Made by a program: the position numbers and the translations under genes. From the human T2T-CHM13v2.0 reference genome, Homo sapiens: 64,000 bases of DNA. Positions 55,333-64,000 of the stretch are shown piece by piece. The notes below the pieces were generated by a model. It was not told the origin of the DNA and searched no databases. It saw only the letters and a list, made by a program, of their open reading frames with translations. Positions within the stretch are counted from its first letter, which is position 1, and each line of letters begins with the position of its first letter. The stretch lies in NCBI RefSeq assembly GCF_009914755.1, contig NC_060926.1. One strand, 5' to 3'.

Positions 55333-55650
55333 GGCTGGGAGTGGCGGATCATGCCTATAATCCCAGCAATTTGGGAGGCAGAGGCAGGCTGATCGCCTAA
55401 GGCCAGGAGTTCAAGACTAGCCTGGCTAAAATGGTGAAACCCCGTCTCTACTGTAAATACAAAAATTAGCCAGGCTTGCTGGCAGGCGCCTGTAATCCCC
55501 CCAACTCAGAAGGCTGAGGCAGGAGAATTATTTGAACCCAGAAGGCAGAGGTTGGAGTGTGCCAAGATGGCGCCACTGCGCTCCAGCCTGGGCGAAAGAG
55601 TGAGGCTCCATCTCAAAAAACAAACAAGATAATAACAATAATAATAAATA
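55333..55650 (+). mobile_element. AluS
   Basis: GGCTGGGAGTGGCGGATCATGCCTATAATCCCAGC...CCATCTCAAAAAA plus (AAT)-rich tail. Confidence 0.92.
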
Positions 55651-56388
55651 ATGTGTGGTAAGGAAATTATTTTATATTATTCATTTTTGTTTCCTATTAT
55701 AAAAAGAAACTGCTTAATGACATTAAGAAATTGACTACAGGTAAATGAGAAATTAGCAGTAGTGCCTGGATTAAAAGTTATTGAGCCCCACCAAAGTGTA
55801 GGCCCTAGGAAGACAGAAGATACTGATCCTTGTTCATCCAGCTCCTACCATCCAGCTGGGCATATTGTGTACATCCAATAATGTTTGATGATCCAATGGA
55901 TAATTTAGCTGCTTTAGTAATACTACCCATGAGATTTTTAGGATTTTAGAAGAATAAAAAATGTACAGAACTTGGGGCAAAGGAAGTATGTAATCTTTGG
56001 AGATTTAATAGTAAGTGATGAAACGAACACACAGTCAAAATAAATCTTAGGTGAAAAATAAATTTAATATATACACAGGAAAAGCACTATATACATTCCT
56101 TAAATTGCTAATAATTTAATATTAATATTAAATCTGGTATTAATACATAGGCATTTGATGTATTAAGTACATTCTATCCTGAGTAGAAAATTATAAATTT
56201 ATGATACGCTATTTTTATTATAAAACAACACTCTAGGCCCCACAATTTTGTTTTTATTATTGTTTTTTTCTATTCAGAGTAATGAGAAAACGCTAGCCCA
56301 CCCACAAACTTTCTGGTATCTACTGAATCTTGGTTAATTTTTTTTTTTTTCTGGTGAGAAATGGTACGAAAGAATTTTGAGAGCCCAG

Positions 56389-57016
56389 TGATACGGCTCT
56401 GTTGTCTGGGGAAACACCCAGGGTCCTTGGTCTCCTGCGGAGAAAATTAGCAACACGGACACACGTGGAGTGGATTAAGCAGTGGAAAGATTAGTAGCCA
56501 AGAAAGAAGAAAACAGCTCCCCCATACAGGAGAAGGAGGGCGCCCAACGGAATAACCCCGCCTGAAGCGAAAGCGGTCCGTTATGTTAGGAGGCTCCAGG
56601 AGGCAGTGTTTGATTTGCATAAGACCCAGGGGTTGGTTTGACCAGGTATCTCATTCACTTAGCCTTGGGGAAAAAAACTGGCTGTCCCCCCCACCCTAGC
56701 TTTTTATTATGCAAATCTGGCTACCTGGCGCAAGTGGCCTTGACCTGGATGCGCGCCATAATGTCCGCACATGTGGCAACAAAGAAAAAGTAGAGGAAAT
56801 CACCATATTAGGTAGACCTGACTCTTAGCCGCCTGCATATACGTATGTAAGCCCGTGGCTTTCATATCAATGCTTGCAGGTCTGGTTTTTCAGGCCACTT
56901 TCTGTTAGAAACAAAATGTTTTGGGGGCTGCTTTTTTCTTAAAAGAAAAAGCCTTACGGAAGACTCTTTTAACCTTTCTAACTGCCTAAATTAATTTCTT
57001 GATAACTCCTATAATA
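56389..57016 (-). mobile_element. ERV1 solo LTR (MER61-like, same family as 23116-24039)
   Basis: TGTTAGAAACAAAATGTTTTGGGGGCTGC...CTGCCTAAA...AACTCCTATA is the reverse complement of the 23116 LTR start. TSD CCAG/CCGG. Confidence 0.75.
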
Positions 57017-57176
57017 CCGGCACAGTAGCTCTTGCCGGTAATCCCAGCTACATGGAAAGCTCAGGTGGGAGGATTGCTTGAGCCTAGAAGTTCAAGGTTG
57101 TAGTGAGCTATGATCCCACCACTGCACTCCAGTCTGGGCGATAGTGTGAGACCCTTTCTCTTAGAAAATGAAATAA
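57017..57176 (+). mobile_element. Monomeric Alu (FRAM/FAM-like); its first bases lie at 56383-56388, before the LTR
   Basis: CCGGCACAGTAGCTC...GGAGGATTGCTTGAGCC...GTGAGCTATGATC...GAGACCCT. TSD AAAGAATTTTGA at 56369-56380 and 57177-57188. Confidence 0.85.
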
Positions 57177-57649
57177 AAAGAATTTTGAAACCAGTAGTTA
57201 CATATAAGCATGGGATAGCATGAGGATCAAAAGATTACATGAATTGGTATGATTAGTGTCTTCCTTTGATCCACTGTCTTTTCAGATAGTGATAGACGAT
57301 CAGTAATTAAGTTTCTCATTGCACTAATGTGCACGGTGTATCTAGCACTGTAGGTTGCGCACTATAATCAGGATCAGAGGAAGAAACAGAGAGATTGTCT
57401 TCTCTTACAGATATTAAGATCTAGGAGAAAAAAAGGTGATATCTAAATATAATATAAGATGGAAAACATGAAATAAAAGGCAAAAGTAACTTGAGAAAGG
57501 GAGAAATCACATCTGGCTAAACTGGCAAAAGAGGATTTCTTGGAAAAGGTCATACTTATATCTGTATTGAGAGTTTTATATCAAGCAACATGAATATAAT
57601 ATGATATATTAAGATCACAGTTACCTCACAGGGAGATCCGATGAAAGAC

Positions 57650-57800
57650 AGTGTGAGCAGTGTAGTCAAGTTAGAAGGTCTAGGTGCTCATCTTGGCACC
57701 ACTGCATGGGATATGTCACCTTGGGCATATCTTTATTTTGGCCAAGCCTCATTTTCCTGATTAAAAATGGATAATAAAAGTCTATACTACCTTGATTGGA
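57650..57800 (+). mobile_element. MIR fragment
   Basis: ATGTCACCTTGGGCA...AGCCTCATTTTCCTGATTAAAAATGGATAATAA. Confidence 0.55.
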
Positions 57801-58044
57801 AGTCAAGAGGAATAGCATTGACAAGAGGAATTTTATCATAGGTTATTCTCCCTACTTCTTAGAATTATTACCTTGATAAGTTGAGACAATATAAACAGTT
57901 TGCCTACTTACTGGAAAACTCTCTATATAATGTATTGTTAATAATAAGACAGTAATCTGGAGGCAAAATCCAAAACGGAATATGTTCAACTATTTTGTAC
58001 TATAGTGAATGTGACATAATAGCTACAAGAGGAAACATTTTTTG

Positions 58045-58245
58045 GACTGCGACATCAGATTTTGAGAATTTAAATCCCAGCTTTATCACCAAGTGGCAAT
58101 GGCAAGCTCTCTAATCCTTGGAGCCACTTCCTGTAAAATGGAGTTAATGATAGCTTTTATTTAATAATGTTATGAAAACTAAGAGATAATATTTTAAAAG
58201 CACTTAGCATACTATTTGTCATTATAGTAATTGATCAATATGTAT
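58045..58245 (+). mobile_element. MIR fragment
   Basis: TTTAAATCCCAGCTTTATCAC...CTGTAAAATGGAGTTAATGATAG...AAAGCACTTAGCATA. Confidence 0.65.
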
Positions 58246-58777
58246 TAGGTTTTGTTTATTTATTGAAAATATATATCCAAGTAGTTAAAGAATTAATGAA
58301 TAGAGTAAAAGGCACCTCTTATAATCCTCTTCAATGACTAAATATTATTTTGAGAAGAATACTATACAAAGTTGGACCAAACGGTGAGTTATTTCACCAT
58401 TAGTTTACAATGCAAAGTGAAGTACAGAAGAGAGGAAAAGTTGATGTTCAGTAAAGCAAACTCGCTGCCCATTAATACAAAATTTATAATGAGTGCCACA
58501 TCTTAGAGTCTGGTCCTCAAGTTTGCAAACTTGGAAATTTTAGGTTTCTGAATAACAAGTTAACTCATGCTAATCAATCCATCTTAATTGAAGTTTCTTA
58601 TCTGCAGTTCCACATTGAACCACATTACACAGAAAATGTTTGGAGTGACAATTTTCTTAATTGTTCCAATGAGTACCATTTTAGAGAGATATGTGAGAAG
58701 TTAATTCACAACATTCAGTGGATGTCTTGGGGCATCAGCGCCTAATTCTCTCATGATATTCCAGTTAAAAGATATAT

Positions 58778-60640
58778 ATTTTCTTTTTTGGTTGTGTCTC
58801 TGCCAGGCTTTGGTATCAGGATGATGCTGCCTCATAAAATGAGTTAGGGAGGAGTCTCTCTTTTTCTATTGTTTGGAATAGTTTCAGAAGGAATGGTACC
58901 AGCTCCTCTTTGTACCTCTGGTAGAATTTGGCTGTGAATCTGTCTGGTCCTGGGCTTTTTGGTCAGTAGGCTTTAATTACTGCCTCAATTTCAGAACTTG
59001 TTATTGGTCTATTCAGGGATTCGTCTTCTTCCTGGTTTAGTCTTGGGAGGGTGTATGTGTCCAGGGATTTATCCATTTCTTCTAGATTTTCTAGTTTATT
59101 TGCATAGAGGAGTTTATAATATTCTCTGATGGTAGTTTGTATTTCTGTGGGATCAGTGGTGATATCCTCTATCATTTTTTATTGTGTCCATTTGATTCTT
59201 CTCTCTTTTCTTCTTTATTAGTCTGGCTAGTGGTCTTTCTATTTTGTTAATCTTTTCAAAATACCAGCTCCTGGATTCACTGATTTTTTTTGAAGGGGTT
59301 TTCATGTCTCTGTCTCCTTCAGTTCTGCTCTGACCTTAGTTACTTCTTGTCTTCTGCTGGCTTTTGAATTTGTTTGCTCTTGTTTCTTCAGTTCTTTTAA
59401 CTGTGATGTTAGGGTGTTGATTTTAGATCTTTCCTGCTTTCACCTCTGGGTATTTAGTGCTATAAAAAAGACTGCTTTAGCTTTGTCCCAGAGATTCTGG
59501 TTCATTGTGTCCTTGTTCTCATTGGTTTCAAAGAACTTATTTATTTCTGCCTTGGTTTCGTTATTTACCCAGTAGTCATTCAGGAGCAGGTTATTCAGTA
59601 CCCATGTAGATGTGTGGTTTTGAGTGAATTTCTCAATCATGAGTTCTAATATGATTGCACTGTGGTCTGAGAGACTGTTCTGATTTCTGTTCTTTGCATT
59701 TCCTGAGGAGTGTTTTACTTCCAATTATGGTGGTCAATTTTAGACTAAATGTGATGTGGTTCTGAGAAAAATGTATATTCTGTTGATTTGGGGTGGAGAG
59801 TTCTGTAGATGTCTATTAGGTCCATTTGATCCAGAGCTGAGTTCAAGTCCTGAATATCCTTGTTAATTTTCTGTCTCATTGATCTGTCTAAAATTGACAG
59901 TGAAGTGTTAAAGTCTCCCACTATTATTCTGTGGGAGTCTAAGCCTCCTTGTAGGTCTCTAAGAACTTGCTTTATGAATCTGGGTGCTCCTGTATTGGGT
60001 GCATATATATTTAGGATAGTTAGCTCTTCTTGTTGCATTGATCCCTTTACCATTATGTCATTCCCTTCTATGGTTTTTGTTTTGTTTTGTTTTTTGTTTT
60101 CTTTTGTTTTGTTTTTGTTTTTTGTTTGTTTTTGTTTTTTTTTGTTTTTTTAATCTTTGTTGGTTTAATGTCTGTCCTATCAGAGACTAGGATTGCAACC
60201 CCTGCTTTTTTTGCTTTCCATTTGCTTGGTAAATATTCCTCCATCCTTTTATTTTGAGCCTATGTGTGTCTTTACACTTGAGATGGGTCTCCTGAATATA
60301 GCACACCGATGGGTCTTAATTCTTTATCCAATTTGCCAGTCTGTGTCTTTTAATTGGGGCATTTAGCCCATTTACATTTAAGGTTCATATTCTTATTTGT
60401 GAATTTGATCCTGTCATTATGATGCTAGCTGGTTATTTTGCCCATTAGTTGACACAGTTTCTTCATAGTATTGATGTGCTTTACAATTTGTTATTTTTTT
60501 CAGTGGCTGGTACTGGTTTTTCCTTTCCATATTTATCACTTCCTTCAGAAGCTCTTGTAAGGCAGGCCTGGTGGTGACAAAATCTCTCAGCATTTGCTTG
60601 TCGGTAAAGGATTTTATTTCTCCTTCGCTTATGAAGCTTA
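58778..60640 (-). mobile_element. Inverted 5' segment of a twin-primed L1PA (late ORF1 to ORF2 EN/Z region)
   Basis: Minus-strand peptides MVKGSMQQEELTILNIYAPNTGAPRFIKQVL and [18 protein letters not shown]. Confidence 0.93.
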
Positions 60641-63079
60641 GGTGCTAAAATCCCATATAAAATACTGGCAAACCAAATCCAGCAGCACATCAAAAAGCTT
60701 ATCCACCACAATCAAGTCGGCTTCAACCCTGGGATGCAAGGCTGGTTCAACATACGCAAATCAATAAATGTAATCCATCTCATAAACAGAATTAATGAAA
60801 AAAAAACACATGATTATCTCAGTAGATGCAGAAAAGGCCTTCAATAAAATTCAACACCACTTTGCACTAAAAATCTCTCAATAAACTAGGTATTGATGGA
60901 ACATATCTCAAAATAATAAGGGCTATTTATGAAAAACCCACAGGCAATATCATACTGAATGGACAAAAACTGGAAGCATTCCCTTTGAAAACTGGCACAA
61001 GACAAAGATGCGCTCTCCCCTCAACTCCTATTCAACATAGTACTGGAAGTTCTGGCCAGGGCAATCAGGCAGGAGAAGGAAATAAAGGGTGTTCAAATAG
61101 GAAGAGAGGAAGTCAAGTTTTCTCTGTTTGCAGGTGGACATGATTGTATATTTAGAAAACCCCATCATCTCAGCCCAAAATCTCTTTAAACTGATAAGCA
61201 ACTTTAGCAAAGTCTCAGGAAAAAAAATCAGTGTGCAAAAATCACGAGCATTCCTATACACCCATAATAGAAAAACAGAGAGCCAAATCATGAGTGAACT
61301 CCCATTCACAATTGCTACAAAGAGAATAAAATACCTAGGAATAGAATTTACAAGGAATGTGAAGGACCTCTTCAAGGAGAACTACAAACCACTGCTCAAG
61401 GAAATAAGAGAGGACACAAACAAACAGAAAAACATTCCATACTCATGGATAGGAAGAATCAATATGGTGAAAATGGCCATACTGCCTGCCCAAAGTAATT
61501 TATAGATTCAATGCTATTCCCATCAAGCTACCATTGACTTTCTTCACAGAATTAGCAAAAACTACTTTAAATTTCATATGGAATGAAAGAAAAAAAAAAG
61601 CATATATAGCCAAGACAATCCTAAGCAAAAGGAACACAGCCAGAGGCATCACGCTACCTGACTTCAAACTATACTACAAGGCTACAGTAACCAAAACATC
61701 ATGGTACTGGTATCAAAACAGATACATAGACCAATGGAACAGAACAGAGGCTGCAGAAATAACACCACACATCTACAACCATCTGATCTTTGATAAACCT
61801 GACAAAAACAAGCAATGGGGAAATGATTCCCTATTTAATAAATGGTATTGGGAAAACTGGCTAGCCATATGCAGAAAACTGAAACTGGACCCCTTCCTTA
61901 CACCTTACACAAAAATTAACTCAAGATGGATTAAAGACTTAAACGTAAGACCTAAAACCATAAAAACCCTAGAAGAAAACCTAGGCAATACCATTCAGGA
62001 CATAGGCATGGGCAAAGACTTCATGACTAAAACACCAAAAGCAATGGCAACAAAAGCTAAAATTGACAAATGGGATCTAATTAAACTAAGGAGCTTCTGC
62101 ACAGCAAAAGAAACTGTCATCAGAGTTTACAGGCAACCTACAGGATGGGAGAAAATTTTTGTAATCTATCCATCTGACAAAGGACTAATATCCAGAATCT
62201 ACAAGGAACTTCAACAAATGTACGAGAAAAAAACAAACAACCCCATCGAAAAGTGGCCAAAGGATATGAACAGACACTTCTCAAAAGGAGACATTTATGC
62301 AGCCAAAAAACATATGAAAAAAAGCTCATTATCGTTGCTCATTAGAGAAATGCAAATCAAAACCACAGTGAGATACTTTCTCACGCCAGTTAGAATGGTG
62401 ATCATTAAAAAGCCAGGAAACAATAGATGCTGGAGAGGTTGTGGAGAAATAGAAATGCTTTTACGCTGTTGGTGGGAGTGTAATTTAGTTTAACCGTTGT
62501 GGAAGACAGTGTGGCAATTCCTCAAGGATCTAGAACCAGAAATATCATTTGACCCAGCAATCTCATTACTGGGCATATACACAAAGGATTATAAATCATT
62601 TCTACTATAAAGAGACATGCACAAGTATGTTCATTGCAGCACTGTTCACAATAGCAAAGACTTGGAACCAGCCCAAATGGCCATCCATGATAGACTGGAT
62701 AAAGAAAATGTGGCACATATACAGTATGGAATACTATGCAGCCTTAAAAAAGGATGAGTTCATGTCCTCTGCAGGGACATGGATGAAGCTGGAAACCATC
62801 ATTCTCAGCAAACTAACATAGGAACAGAAAACCAAACACCACATGTTCTCATTCATAAGTGGGAGTTGAACAATGAGAATACATGGACACAGGGAGGGGA
62901 ACATCACACATCAGCGCCTGTTGGGAGGTAGGGGGCCAGGAGAGGGATAGCATTAGGAGAAATACCTAATGTAGATGATGGATTGATGGGTGCAGAACAC
63001 CATAATGGCATGTGTATACCTATGTAACAAACCTGCAGGTTCTGCACATGTATTCCAAACTTAAAGTATAATGAAAAAA
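60641..63079 (+). mobile_element. 3' segment of the same L1PA (L1PA7-like): ORF2 RT/C-terminal region and 3'UTR
   Basis: ORF2 peptides at 61128-61505, 61534-62493 and 62549-62821, separated by frameshifts/stops. 3'UTR ends AACTTAAAGTATAATGAAAAAA. Confidence 0.95.
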
Positions 63080-63092
63080 GAGAGACCTAGAG

Positions 63093-63272
63093 AATATATA
63101 TGTTACTTAATTGCTATATCTATATTTATCTGCATACATTTCATATCTATATCTATATGTCTTTATATATCTATACCTATCTATATATCTATTTATTTAC
63201 TTATTTTGTCTTTTCTTCCCTCCTTCTTTCTTTTCATCTATTTATCTATATAGATAGAGAGATATTTATAAT
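63093..63272. repeat. (TA)/(TCTATA)-rich low-complexity tract
   Basis: TATATCTATATTTATC...TATATCTATATCTATATG... Confidence 0.8.
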
Positions 63273-64000
63273 AAGAAGTATGACTATTGAGTTTATTAAC
63301 TGAACAGCATTTTCATTCCTGCAGGCAGACCTACATGAATGCCAATTATTATCAGAAAGACTGTTGTTGGAATATAAAGTAGTAGTGCCACTGAGTCATG
63401 AGGACATGATTTATTTCTCTTCCCAGTAAAGGTAGAGTTTCTGCAAAGACTGGACAATTAGTTGTAGTCCAGGGCACGTTCTCTCTCCCCTGAGCTTTAG
63501 GCGTAGAGTCATTATATGCCTTCTTGACTTTCTTTTCAATGATTTTCTAAAAACCTTTCTTCTGATTGAAGCAGCTTCTCTTTAGATATCTGTCATACAT
63601 ATTACTATGCTAAAAAAGTGTGCTTGACTTAAACATATGGCTTGCATGTTTTAAAGAAGGGGATTCTCTTCCCAAGGAGCTTAAAATATTTTAAAATCTC
63701 TAATTGCATATCACATTTTAGATGTGATCTTTGCGGTTATATTTCAAGCATCTCATACACTTCCTTACTTTGTTATTTCCCTTCACAATAGAATATAGAA
63801 TTGACAGGCTTAGACTGAATGATCATCCATCTGAGTCAAATTCATTTTCACTTTCAGCTCTCCTATTGAGTCCCACCTTTGCTTTAGGTATATCAAGGTT
63901 ATGAAACCTGTATTTTATTATTAAAACCAGCCCTCATTTTCTGGTTTTCTTTTTACTCATTTTAATAAAAGCGAAATGTATAACAGTGGTAAAGTATTTT

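Noticed and set aside
55561-55574. YY1-like CCAAGATGGCGCC in an Alu
   Set aside because: Arises from point changes in the Alu consensus; no supporting context.
61534-62493. 319-aa ORF, the longest in the window
   Set aside because: It is a residual L1 ORF2p C-terminal frame in a frameshifted, promoterless, inverted L1, not a gene.

Overview
This is hominoid, probably human, non-coding DNA (Alu, L1PA/L1PB, an SVA and a HERV-K(HML-2) LTR5 are present). It is AT-rich and repeat-dense, typical of a gene desert or large intron. I found no credible protein-coding exon: the ORF-track entries I could assign come from L1, Alu, SVA, LTR or microsatellite sequence, and the rest look like chance ORFs. 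I cannot support a new gene system here. The most notable signal is a set of old local rearrangement scars. These are two distant templated copies (28819-29206 copied to 30392-30780; 53204-53333 copied to 49716-49848), a ~213-bp tandem duplication cutting a MADE1, an orphan insert in an MLT2, and an inverted piece at an L1/MER82 junction. Nearly all carry a fold-back hairpin or inverted duplication at the junction. Also present are a tailless 5S rRNA retropseudogene with TSD, a twin-primed L1PA, multi-level TE nests and an unassigned solo LTR. Repeat subfamily names come from recalled consensus sequences and need RepeatMasker/Dfam confirmation.
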